The notes under the pieces: model-generated
What the model saw: the letters and a program-made list of their open reading frames with translations, nothing else
What the model was told of the DNA's origin: nothing
Databases searched by the model: none
Assembly: GCA_035759745.1 (NCBI GenBank)
Contig: DASTUF010000112.1
Location: 905-64,904, forward strand
DNA: 64,000 bases
Reading direction: 5' to 3'
From: Gemmatimonadales bacterium
Lineage (GTDB): Bacteria; Gemmatimonadota; Gemmatimonadetes; Gemmatimonadales; GWC2-71-9
Part shown: positions 17,076-26,019 of the stretch, in pieces
Position numbering within the stretch: position 1 is the stretch's first letter
Layout of the letters: the number at the start of each line of letters is the position of its first letter
Program-made: the position numbers and the translations under genes

Positions 17076-17906
17076 TCAGGGCGCCGCCAGGGCAGCGCGC
17101 GTCGCCCGATAGCCTTCAGTCATGAGGGTTTCCGCCAGGTCAGGCCGGAAAGTCGTACCTCGCTTGATCGTTGGCCGCACGTGCAGCAGTGTCGGCCGAG
17201 CCGGATCGGCGCGCCACATCGCCAGCCGCAACGCGGTGTTGTCGGCCAGCAGCACGCTCATCGCCTCGTCATGGGCCCGTCGAAGAGGCAGCGACATCCC
17301 TGGGGCGATCCCCTCCTCGAAATTACCGCCAAGGTCCACGGCGACTACCCGGCTGATGCCTGGCAGTGCGGCGAGCTCGAGTGGCAACACACCCCTGAGT
17401 CCGCCATCCGCCAGCCGGCGGCCCGCCAGCACTACCGGGGGATAGTAGAACGAAAGCGCACAGGATGCGACCAGCGCATCTACCAGCGGCGCGTCCTCGC
17501 CACCCTCGCCGAAGACAACTCGTTCGCCGCTGTCGAGGTCCACCGCCGTGAACGCGAGTGGAGTGGACAGTTCGCCGAAGCGGCGGGCCGGGATCACCGC
17601 CTCGATCATCCGGCGAAGCGGCTCCGGCCGGAGCAGCGATGGCGCCGTGAGGCCGCGCAAAGCGACCAGTGGCCGCTGCTCCACGATGTCACTGGCCGAA
17701 GCTGCGAGCCGGCGCGCCAGCTCGTCGGAAGTCATTCCGGTGGCGAGCGCCGTCGCCACGACAGCTCCCATCGAAGTGCCGACGTACAGCGCCGGCTGGA
17801 TTCCCGCCTCGGCGATGGCGCGTGCCGCGCCCACGTGGGCCGCCGCCTTGGCGCCACCACCCGACAGCACCAGCGCCACGCCCCCGTTCGCGGCCGCGCT
17901 GCTCAT
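17076..17906 (-). CDS. Patatin-like phospholipase
   Basis: GGGAKAAAHVG (oxyanion), GTSMGA (GxSxG) and DGG (catalytic Asp). Start taken at MSSAAANGG. Confidence 0.8.
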   Translation of the reverse strand: MSSAAANGGVALVLSGGGAKAAAHVGAARAIAEAGIQPALYVGTSMGAVVATALATGMTSDELARRLAASASDIVEQRPLVALRGLTAPSLLRPEPLRRMIEAVIPARRFGELSTPLAFTAVDLDSGERVVFGEGGEDAPLVDALVASCALSFYYPPVVLAGRRLADGGLRGVLPLELAALPGISRVVAVDLGGNFEEGIAPGMSLPLRRAHDEAMSVLLADNTALRLAMWRADPARPTLLHVRPTIKRGTTFRPDLAETLMTEGYRATRAALAAP

Positions 17907-17992
17907 GCGTCCAGCCCTTGACAAAGGTCCGGTCGAATGCGGATTCTCATCACGGTGATCGTCCTGCCCCTCCCGCACCCGCGAGTTTACCC

Positions 17993-18412
17993 ATGAACGC
18001 AGCCACGATCGCGCGCTCCGACTTTGGACTCCTCGCACTCCGTGTCGTCACCGGCATCATCTTCGCCGCCCACGGCTGGCAGAAGTTCTTCCAGACGGGC
18101 CTGGACGGCGTGACCGGATTCTTCGCCAGCCTCGGCATCCCGATGGCCGGCATCGCCGCGCCGGCGGTCGCCACCCTGGAGCTTGCTGGCGGCGTTCTGC
18201 TGATCATTGGCCTGCTGACCCGGCCGCTCGGCGTCCTCTTCGCCCTCAACATGGCGGGCGCGATCTTCTTCGCCAAGACACGCGGCGAATACGGCTTCGG
18301 TGACGTCGAGCTCGAGCTCCTGCTGCTCGCTGCCTCGCTCTGCCTGGCCATGGCCGGCCCCGGAGCGTGGGCGGTGGACAAGAACATCGCTGCCCGGCGG
18401 CGACTGCCCTGA
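17993..18412 (+). CDS. DoxX family membrane protein
   Basis: ...LLALRVVTGIIFAAHGWQKF... is a typical DoxX pattern. ATG 17993. Confidence 0.75.
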   Translation: MNAATIARSDFGLLALRVVTGIIFAAHGWQKFFQTGLDGVTGFFASLGIPMAGIAAPAVATLELAGGVLLIIGLLTRPLGVLFALNMAGAIFFAKTRGEYGFGDVELELLLLAASLCLAMAGPGAWAVDKNIAARRRLP

Positions 18413-18434
18413 TGACCCGCAGGGCCGCGCCCGC

Positions 18435-18899
18435 TCACCTCGGGCGCGCGTGCTTGCGCTGCTCCTCCGCGCGCCGATAGCGCTCCCGCTCCTCATCCGT
18501 TTCAGCCACCAGCCGCGGCACTCGCCGCGGCTTTCCCTTCTCGTCCAGTGCGACAAACACCACGTGCGCGGTATGAGTGTGGCGCCGGGTGCCGGTGCTT
18601 ACCTGCTCGGCGTGCACCTCGACGGTGATGTCCATCGAGGAATTGCCCACGAAATCCACCATGGCGGTGCAGGTCACCAGTTCGCCCAGGTGGATCGGCT
18701 CACGGAAGTCCATCCGCTCGATGCTCGCCGTGACCGCGATGCCGCCCGCGTGCCGGATCGCCGCCACCGCCGCAGCCTGATCCACCAGCGCCAGCAGGTC
18801 GCCGCCGAACAGGTCACCCCGAACGTTCTGCATGTGCGGCATGACGAACGTGGTGAGTTCGCTGCGGGAGTGGGACATGGAGCGGGAGTCGGGGACCAT
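18435..18899 (-). CDS. Acyl-CoA thioesterase (hotdog fold)
   Basis: ...NVRGDLFGGDLLALVDQAAAVAA...HLGELV...VEVHAE... resembles YciA/BFIT-type thioesterases. Confidence 0.75.
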   Translation of the reverse strand: MVPDSRSMSHSRSELTTFVMPHMQNVRGDLFGGDLLALVDQAAAVAAIRHAGGIAVTASIERMDFREPIHLGELVTCTAMVDFVGNSSMDITVEVHAEQVSTGTRRHTHTAHVVFVALDEKGKPRRVPRLVAETDEERERYRRAEEQRKHARPR

Positions 18900-18961
18900 G
18901 TTAGTAGAGAGTAGGAAGTGGGAAGTGGGAAGTGGGAGGTAGGGGCGGACTGCGTCCGCCC

Positions 18962-20755
18962 TTAGTAGTCCACCGGCCTCAGATAATACTCCCCGATCGC
19001 CGTCTGGCTCACCATCGCGACGGTGGGAAGGCGGCGCTTCCAGTGGGTGGACTCGAGCCGCACGCGCACCAGCTCGATTTCCGCGTCACTGTAGCCCAGC
19101 AGGGCGATGTCGGCCGGGCGGTAACCCAGCAACAGCCAATGCAGGATGTGATCGGCCCGGGCGTAGGTGATGCCGAAGTCGCCCTCATCGGTCTGGCCCT
19201 GGACCAGGTCGGCGCTGGCGGGCTTGTCCACGATCACACTCGGCACGCCTACGTGGCGGGCCAGGTCCCAGACCTGGGACTTGAAGAGGTCGCCCAGCGG
19301 ATTCACCGGCGGCGAATCGTCGGCATGCCAGGTGAAATAGCCGAACAGGCGCTCGGTCTTGTTGCCGGTGCCGAGGGGCAGCGCGCCGAGTGCCGACGAG
19401 AGATCGAACAGCGTGATCATCCGGGTCCGCGCCATCACGTTGCCGAGCCGCCCGGGCGTGGTCGGTACGCCGATGTCCGCGGCAAGCGCATCTACCGCTC
19501 CCGAGATATCCACGGTGCGCACCTCGATGCCCAGCTCGTTCGCCACGAGTTCGGCGTGCTCCAGGCTGTCGCTGCTCGAGGCGTGGTACGGCATGCGCAC
19601 GCCAATGACGTTCTCCGGACCCAGCGCTTCCGCCGCAAGCCATGCCACCAGCGAACTGTCCACACCGCCTGACAGCCCCAGGATACCCTTCTTGAATCCC
19701 CGGCGCCGAACAACCTCGTCCTTGAGGAACTCGACCAGCCAGCGGCGAGTCAGCTCAGCCTCGATGGCGAGCGGATCTTCCGCATTGCTCGGCACCACCG
19801 GATGGCTGCTCGGCACCCGGGTGGCCCAGCGGCGTTCCCTGATACCGGACAGCGCGCCGTCACCGGCGCCGGTTCCGGTTCGGTCCTTTCCGTCCCACGC
19901 CTGCAGCAGGTGGGGAAGTCGCATCTCCAGGTCTGACAGCAGCGGCAGGTCGGCGCGGGCCCGCGCGATCTCGCCCAGGTGGAGGCTGCACGGCAGCACC
20001 GCGTCTTCGAAGACGGGGGCGCGTGCCAGGAGCTCTCCCCGGGGCCCCGCGACCAGCGACCCACCCGGAAATGCCTTGCCGCCCTCGAATCCCACCAGCT
20101 GGGCCACGGCCACGAATACACCGTGCTCGCCCGCGACATCTTGCGCGATCCGTTCCCACCGACTCAGGCTCGCGGGGCGTTCGTCGTCGGCATCGGGCCG
20201 GATGCCGCGGGCCGGACTGGCACTGGGGACCAGCAGCACTTCGGCGCCATCCAGCGCGGCGAACATAGGCATCACGCTGTGCCAGACGTCCTCGCAGATG
20301 AGCATGGCTGCGCGGCCCCAGCTGGTGTCGAACGCCTCGACCGAGCGGCCCGGCTCGACGAAGCGCTCCTCGTCGAACACCCCGTATGTGGGAAGAAAGA
20401 CCTTGCGATGGATGTGACGAATCCCGGCGTCGGAGCCGCCCAGCGAGGCGTAGATCGCGGAGTTGTAGAGGCGATTCTGGTGCAGCTCGAAAAAACCGAG
20501 CGATACATCCATAGGCGGCGCACCACTGGACTGGTGCACGGTGCGGAGGTCCTCGAAGAGCTGGTCGGCGGTGAGCGACAACTCGCGTACCCCGCCCTCG
20601 AGGAAGTAGCCGGTGAGCGCCGACTCGGGCGCCAGCAGGAGGTTGGGAGGCTCCTTCCACGCGGCGACCTCGCGGAAGACGTCGCCCAGGCGGGCGAGGT
20701 TGTCCCGATAGGCGCCCTTCCGGGGCCGTACCTGCGCGATGGCTAGGCGGAGCAT
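18962..20755 (-). CDS. nadE: Glutamine-dependent NAD+ synthetase (nitrilase domain + NAD synthetase domain)
   Basis: N-terminal CN-hydrolase domain (...MLICEDVWH...) and C-terminal LGLSGGVDSS PP-loop domain. Confidence 0.9.
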   Translation of the reverse strand: MLRLAIAQVRPRKGAYRDNLARLGDVFREVAAWKEPPNLLLAPESALTGYFLEGGVRELSLTADQLFEDLRTVHQSSGAPPMDVSLGFFELHQNRLYNSAIYASLGGSDAGIRHIHRKVFLPTYGVFDEERFVEPGRSVEAFDTSWGRAAMLICEDVWHSVMPMFAALDGAEVLLVPSASPARGIRPDADDERPASLSRWERIAQDVAGEHGVFVAVAQLVGFEGGKAFPGGSLVAGPRGELLARAPVFEDAVLPCSLHLGEIARARADLPLLSDLEMRLPHLLQAWDGKDRTGTGAGDGALSGIRERRWATRVPSSHPVVPSNAEDPLAIEAELTRRWLVEFLKDEVVRRRGFKKGILGLSGGVDSSLVAWLAAEALGPENVIGVRMPYHASSSDSLEHAELVANELGIEVRTVDISGAVDALAADIGVPTTPGRLGNVMARTRMITLFDLSSALGALPLGTGNKTERLFGYFTWHADDSPPVNPLGDLFKSQVWDLARHVGVPSVIVDKPASADLVQGQTDEGDFGITYARADHILHWLLLGYRPADIALLGYSDAEIELVRVRLESTHWKRRLPTVAMVSQTAIGEYYLRPVDY

Positions 20756-20766
20756 GGATCAAAGAT

Positions 20767-20835
20767 AGCTGCGAGAGCTTCGAGCCTCGAGCTTCGAGCT
20801 GCAACCTCGCAGCTCGGGCCTCGAAGCTCGCAGCT
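20767..20835. repeat. Imperfect inverted repeat in the divergent nadE / 20847 promoter spacer
   Basis: AGCTGCGAGAGCTTCGAG ... CTCGAAGCTCGCAGCT. The 15-mer GGGCCTCGAAGCTCG (20816-20830) recurs exactly at 39430-39444. Confidence 0.65.
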
Positions 20836-20846
20836 ATATTCTACCC

Positions 20847-21308
20847 ATGTCCAAGCTTCTCGATTCTGTCGCGGCCATGCCCAATGCCTACGAGCCCGTT
20901 CCCGGGCTGATCACCGGCGGCCAGCCGAGTGAACAGCAAGTACGGGACTTTGCCGCCGCCGGTGGCAAGGTGGTGCTCGACATCCGCGACCCCATGGAAG
21001 TGCGCCCCTTCGACGAGCCGGCCCTGGTCCGCGAGCTGGGCCTCGAATACATCAACGTCGCGATTTCCCCGGGTGCCACCAGCGACGAGAAGCTCGATCG
21101 GATCCTCGCCGCGGTACGCGAGCACCGGGACCAGCCGATGCTGTTCCATTGCGCCAGCGCCAACCGAGTTGGCGGCGCGTTGCTGCCCTGGTTCATCCTG
21201 GACCAGAAGATGGACGCCGACGAGGCGACCGAAGCGGCGATGCGGGTGGGACTCCGGAGTCCGGAGTACCTCGCCTGGGGAATGGACTACGCAGGGACCC
21301 ACGGGTAA
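20847..21308 (+). CDS. DUF442 / TIGR01244-type phosphatase-like (CX5R) protein
   Basis: FHCASANRVG (HCX5R) motif and an N-terminal ...ITGGQPSEQQ... segment. Confidence 0.65.
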   Translation: MSKLLDSVAAMPNAYEPVPGLITGGQPSEQQVRDFAAAGGKVVLDIRDPMEVRPFDEPALVRELGLEYINVAISPGATSDEKLDRILAAVREHRDQPMLFHCASANRVGGALLPWFILDQKMDADEATEAAMRVGLRSPEYLAWGMDYAGTHG

Positions 21309-21313
21309 AACGG

Positions 21314-21343
21314 CAGGGGGCAGCGCCTTCGCGCTGCCCCCTG
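21314..21343. terminator. Perfect 13-bp GC hairpin between convergent genes
   Basis: CAGGGGGCAGCGC-CTTC-GCGCTGCCCCCTG. On the minus strand it is followed by CCGTTTTA. Confidence 0.6.
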
Positions 21344-21387
21344 TCGCCCACTCTCTCGACTCTCAACTCTCGACTCTCAACTCTCGA

Positions 21388-22863
21388 CTACCTGGGTCCC
21401 CGCCTCCCACCGCCCCCGGAACTGCGGGCCGGTGCTGCACTCCTGCCCGACGAAGATGATCGACTGGGTGACGCCGCCCTGCTGGGGCTCGGCGCCGACC
21501 GCCCGGCGCTGCTGCGGCTGGGCTCGGCCCGGCTCGACGGCTCGGCGGCTCGGCGGCTCGGTTCGGCTCGGTTGGGCTCGACCCGACGGGGTTCGGCCCG
21601 GCTCGACGGCTCCGCACGGCTGGGCTCGACCCGCCGAGGTTCGGCCCTGCCTGGTTCGGCCCGCTCTATAGTCGGCTCAGGCCGCTGCGACTCGACCTTG
21701 CGGCTGGGAACCGATTCGCGCGAACGAATCCGCTCATTGCTGCTGGGCTCGACCCGCCGCGGCGTGGCAGGGGCCGGTTCCGCCGCCCGGGATTCCACCC
21801 GGCGCCGCTCCCGGGGCTGCTCGGCCTGTGCCGGCGCCGAGGAGCTGGACGCGCGCCGCGGCGATGCCTCGAGGTTCCGGTCGCCTACCTGGGTGTTGAC
21901 CAGGGGCGAGCGGCCCGGATCACCATTGGTGACCGCGCGCCGAGCCGGCGCGGCGGGATTGTATACCGTGTTTACTGCCTGCACCGACGCCGCCGAGCGA
22001 TCGCGGTACGCCAGGCCATCCCACCGGCGGTTGTCCTGCTTGAACTGCGACGGCGTGGTATAGCGCGGACGATAGGTGCCGCCGTAGTAGTCGCCCGGGC
22101 GGTAGCCGTAGTAGCGCGGATACCGGGGATAGTTGTAGTAGGGGTAGTAGTACGCCGGACGATAGCCGTAGTACGGGTAGTAGCCGTAGCCGAACGGGTC
22201 GTAGTAGTCGCCGATGTGAATCGAGATCGAACTGCCGCGATATCGATTGTAGTAGTACGGGTCGCAGCTGTAGCTGTAGTAGAAGTACCGGCTGCCGCAG
22301 TACGAATCGTGGTAGTACACCGGGCTCACATACGACACCGGCGCATACGCGACGTCCACGTAGTCGTTGACGATATAGGTCGCGAGGTCGTAATCGTAAC
22401 CGCCCTGCGCCATCCGGCTTGCGATGCCGGTCAGCACCGCCTCCTCGTCGCCGCGGGCATCGCGAGCGTTGAGGGCGTCGAAATCCCAGTGCCGGTTGAG
22501 GCTGAATTCCCCGAACCGGAACGGGTCGCGCGAGACGGCAGCCAGCACCACACCGCGGCCGCTTTCGTCCTCGACCATGAACAGCCGGTCGTCCCCACCC
22601 CGGTCGCGCAGCTCGTAACTGCGGCGGCCGCGCACCCAGGTGTCATCATCGGGGTCGATGGGATACAGCACCCGGACGCGGCCATCGGGGTCGGCGTGCA
22701 GCACGACGAGATAACCGTCGTCCTCCACCCGAACCTTGACCTTGGCGTAATCGCCTCGTTCGTAGCGGCCCGCCTCGTTGAGCGTGATCCGGACGGCAGG
22801 ATCCTGGACGGCCGAAGACGGGCTCGGCGCCAGCAGCGCAATCAGGGCAAATGAGAGAAACAT
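21388..22863 (-). CDS. Secreted DUF4384-domain protein with Tyr-rich and Arg/Glu/Pro/Ser-repeat tails
   Basis: Signal peptide MFLSFALIALLAPSPSSA. DUF4384-like segment (...YAKVKVRVEDDGYLVVLHADPDGRVRVLYP...). An extreme Tyr-rich stretch follows, then RAEP/RVEP repeats. Confidence 0.75.
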   Translation of the reverse strand: MFLSFALIALLAPSPSSAVQDPAVRITLNEAGRYERGDYAKVKVRVEDDGYLVVLHADPDGRVRVLYPIDPDDDTWVRGRRSYELRDRGGDDRLFMVEDESGRGVVLAAVSRDPFRFGEFSLNRHWDFDALNARDARGDEEAVLTGIASRMAQGGYDYDLATYIVNDYVDVAYAPVSYVSPVYYHDSYCGSRYFYYSYSCDPYYYNRYRGSSISIHIGDYYDPFGYGYYPYYGYRPAYYYPYYNYPRYPRYYGYRPGDYYGGTYRPRYTTPSQFKQDNRRWDGLAYRDRSAASVQAVNTVYNPAAPARRAVTNGDPGRSPLVNTQVGDRNLEASPRRASSSSAPAQAEQPRERRRVESRAAEPAPATPRRVEPSSNERIRSRESVPSRKVESQRPEPTIERAEPGRAEPRRVEPSRAEPSSRAEPRRVEPNRAEPSRRAAEPSSRAEPSRSSAGRSAPSPSRAASPSRSSSSGRSAAPARSSGGGGRRGPR

Positions 22864-23027
22864 GGGGCCTCCAGGAGGCGGGCAGTCACTTGGTATTATG
22901 AACGCCACTGAACGTTGCGAGGGGCGTGCCAGAGCCTCAAGTTACTGCCTGACAAGCATTTGACGATTGTGGCCAAGGTTGAAACGTCCCCCTCCCGGGA
23001 CGAACTGCCGTTCCGGCGGGCGACACC

Positions 23028-23408
23028 TCAGCCGCGGCGCTCCCAGCACATTCGCATCTCGGAGATCCGCTCGCCCTCGGTCTCGCAGAAGATGCTGCCT
23101 CGCACATCGGTCCACTGTCCCGTGCGACGGCGACGGAACACGCACTTGAACTCGGTACCGAACCACGGCCCGGCCACATAGATCTCGCCAGACGAGAAGG
23201 TGGCCTCTGACTGGTGATACGGGGTCTCGAGCCAGTACTTCCCGATGGCTTCCTTTCCCTTCAGCGACTCGCTGAACGGGGTCTCCAGGAACACCGCCTC
23301 CTCTGTAAAAACCGATAGCAGCAAGGCAATGTTCCCCTTGGCCCACCCCTTGCCAAAGGTGTCGATGAGCTGTCGTCCAAGGGCCCCAACATCGATGCCG
23401 GTTTCCAT
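23028..23408 (-). CDS. NTF2-like / SnoaL-like protein
   Basis: METGIDVGALGRQLIDTFGKGWAKGNIALLLSVFTEEAVFLETPF... The start CAT 23406-23408 interlocks with the ATG of the divergent gene. Confidence 0.65.
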   Translation of the reverse strand: METGIDVGALGRQLIDTFGKGWAKGNIALLLSVFTEEAVFLETPFSESLKGKEAIGKYWLETPYHQSEATFSSGEIYVAGPWFGTEFKCVFRRRRTGQWTDVRGSIFCETEGERISEMRMCWERRG

Positions 23409-26019
23409 GACTCGGAAGTTACCCGCGTTCGCCCCGTTGCGCCGTGCGCTGGCGCTGACGGCGCTTGCATTGGCGCTGCCACTGGCGCAAGCGTCGGCGC
23501 AGGACTGCCCGGCGGCGTCCGGAGGGTCATCGGCGAGGGGCTGGGAGGCCTGGCGCGCCGACTCGATTGACGAGGCCGCGCGACGATTCCGCCAGGCACT
23601 GTCGCTCTGCAGCCGCAACCTCGACGCAACGGTCGGCCTCGGCTACGTCGCGCTGCGTCAGGGCGCGCCACACCGGGCGGACACGCTCTTTTCGGGCGTC
23701 ACCCGCAGCGACTCCCTCAATCTCGATGCCTGGATCGGGCTGGCGCTGGCGCAGGAACGCACCGGCCAGTGGGCCGGCGCCATCGCTGCTGCGCTCCGCG
23801 TAATCGATCGCGATTCCACCAACGCCACAGCGATCGCGGTGCTCGACCGCCAGGCCCCCGACTGGCGGCGAGGCGCTTCGCCCGCGACGCCCAGGCCGTC
23901 GAAGCTGCAGCTCACCGCACGCACCCGGGGGCCAGGCTTTGAGGTCCTGACCGACGGCGGGTGGCGCCCGTTCTGGATCAAGGGAATCAACCTCGGCGCG
24001 GCGCTCCCGGGGCGATTCCCCTCGGAGTTTCCCCGCGACTCGACGCTTTACGCCAGGTGGCTCGGCTTGATGGCGGGGATGAACGCGAACACGGTTCGGG
24101 TATACACCATCCTGCCGCCGGAGTTCTACCGCGCGCTGAGGGGCTGGAACCTGTCGCATGGCGACAGCACGCTGTGGCTGGTGCATGGCGTCTGGACCGA
24201 ACTTCCGCCGGGCCACCGGTTCGACGCGCCGGAGTGGGAGAGCGAGTTCGTCGCCGAAACGAGGCGCGTGGTGGACGTGGTACACGGCGCGGCGATGCTG
24301 GAGCCGAGGCCAGGGCACGCGAGCGGCCGCTATGACGCCAGCGTCGCGCCATGGACGCTCGGGTACATCGTGGGCCGGGAGTGGGAGCCGTACGCCGTCG
24401 CGGCGTTTGATTCCACCGATGCACGGCGGGCAGACTGGCGCGGCCGCTTCCTGCAGGCGAAGCAGGCGCCCGCGATGGAGCGCTGGCTGGCGCGGATCGC
24501 CGACGGGATGCTGGCGCACGAGTTCGAGCAGTACCACGCGCTTCGCCCGATTGCCTGGACCAACTGGCCGACGCTGGATCCGCTGACCCACCCGACCGAA
24601 GCGACCGGCGCCGAGGAGCGCGTGCTGCGCGAGCAGGCGGGCCGGCCGCTGGCCCGGGCGACGCTGGAGTACGACAACGACCTGCTCGGACTCGACGCCA
24701 ACCTGGTACAGCCCACCCCAACGAACCCGGCGGGCGTGTTCGCCAGCTACCACGCGTACCCGTATTATCCCGACTTCATGAATCAGGACCCAGGCTATTC
24801 CCGGGCGCGCTCGCGGGAGGGACGGTCCAACTACGCCGGCTACCTGCGCGAGCTGGTGCGCCATCATGCCGGAATGCCGGTGGTGATCGCCGAGTACGGC
24901 GTGCCGTCGAGCCGCGGCAATGCTCACCTTCAGGCGCAGGGGTTCGATCACGGCGGGCATGACGAGGCAGCCCAGGCGCGGATCGACGCGCGACTGACGC
25001 GCGAGCTGCACCAGACCGGCACCGCCGGCGGCATCCTGTTCGCGTGGATCGACGAGTGGTTCAAGAAGAACTGGATGGTGATCGACTTCGAGATCCCGCT
25101 GGAGAACACCCGCCGCTGGCACAACGTGATGGACGCCGAGCAGCACTATGGCTTGCTGGCGATGACGGCGGGCGACTCGGCCACCCGTCCGGTGCTGGGC
25201 GGCGACCCGGAGCGCTGGCGGGACATGCCTCTGGTGACCAGAGCAGGGCCGGTTTCCGGGCACGGGGCCGGACTGCGGGTGTCGAGTGATGAGTCGTTCC
25301 TTTACCTGGCAGTGGAGCCCGGGCGGCGGTTCGACTGGTCACGGCATGGCCTCGAGATCGGCATCAGCACTTGGCGCGATTCGGTGGGGCAGCATCGCCT
25401 GCCCCGGAGCGGATTCGAGAGCCACCTGGGCTTCGAGTTCCTGCTGGACCTCCCCATGGAGGGCGATAGCAGGATGAAGGTGCTGCCCGACTACAAGCGC
25501 TATGTGCCGCTCAGCGACTCTACCCCGGGCGATGACATGGGCCGATTCCTTCGGCGGCCAGCGGTGGTTGTGGATCGGCGTGACGGACGCTTCGACCCAA
25601 TGATGGTGGTCACCAACCGGGCAAGATATGGCAGGGACGGAACTTTCTTCCCGGCAATGGAGGTGGATCGAGGCAAGCTCGCACAGGGATCCGAGGCGGA
25701 ATCCACAGCCAACGACTGGTACGCCGACAAAACTGCCGGGCTGGTGGAGATCCGGATTCCTTGGGACTTGCTGAACGTGACCGATCCGTCATCGCGCACC
25801 CTGCTGATGGACCCGGGTTTGGCGGGCACCGTGGGAACCGTGACAGCGCGCGATTTTCGCTTTGTCGGCGTCACGTATGATCGAGCAACCGGGACACCAG
25901 TAACCTTCATTGACGGATCGCTTGGCTGGCGCTGGTCCGAGTGGGAGGAACCGGAGTGGCACATGCGGGTGAAACCGGTGTACGACTCGATGCGCACAAC
26001 CTGGAAGGCACTGCCATGA
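23407..26019 (+). CDS. Secreted TPR protein fused to a clan GH-A-like (TIM-barrel) glycoside hydrolase-like domain
   Basis: Signal peptide MTRKLPAFAPLRRALALTALALALPLAQASA, followed by TPR-like repeats. Then FWIKGINLG...NTVRVYT..., IVGREWE (possible acid/base) and VVIAEYGVPSS (possible nucleophile). No precise family was assigned. Confidence 0.7.
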   Translation: MTRKLPAFAPLRRALALTALALALPLAQASAQDCPAASGGSSARGWEAWRADSIDEAARRFRQALSLCSRNLDATVGLGYVALRQGAPHRADTLFSGVTRSDSLNLDAWIGLALAQERTGQWAGAIAAALRVIDRDSTNATAIAVLDRQAPDWRRGASPATPRPSKLQLTARTRGPGFEVLTDGGWRPFWIKGINLGAALPGRFPSEFPRDSTLYARWLGLMAGMNANTVRVYTILPPEFYRALRGWNLSHGDSTLWLVHGVWTELPPGHRFDAPEWESEFVAETRRVVDVVHGAAMLEPRPGHASGRYDASVAPWTLGYIVGREWEPYAVAAFDSTDARRADWRGRFLQAKQAPAMERWLARIADGMLAHEFEQYHALRPIAWTNWPTLDPLTHPTEATGAEERVLREQAGRPLARATLEYDNDLLGLDANLVQPTPTNPAGVFASYHAYPYYPDFMNQDPGYSRARSREGRSNYAGYLRELVRHHAGMPVVIAEYGVPSSRGNAHLQAQGFDHGGHDEAAQARIDARLTRELHQTGTAGGILFAWIDEWFKKNWMVIDFEIPLENTRRWHNVMDAEQHYGLLAMTAGDSATRPVLGGDPERWRDMPLVTRAGPVSGHGAGLRVSSDESFLYLAVEPGRRFDWSRHGLEIGISTWRDSVGQHRLPRSGFESHLGFEFLLDLPMEGDSRMKVLPDYKRYVPLSDSTPGDDMGRFLRRPAVVVDRRDGRFDPMMVVTNRARYGRDGTFFPAMEVDRGKLAQGSEAESTANDWYADKTAGLVEIRIPWDLLNVTDPSSRTLLMDPGLAGTVGTVTARDFRFVGVTYDRATGTPVTFIDGSLGWRWSEWEEPEWHMRVKPVYDSMRTTWKALP

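Noticed and set aside
21353-21389. Short tandem arrays (21353-21389, 34888-34975, 18917-18937, 39441-39462) considered as possible CRISPR arrays.
   Set aside because: The units are 7-21 nt and directly abut one another with no unique spacers. No cas genes are present, so these are simple tandem repeats.
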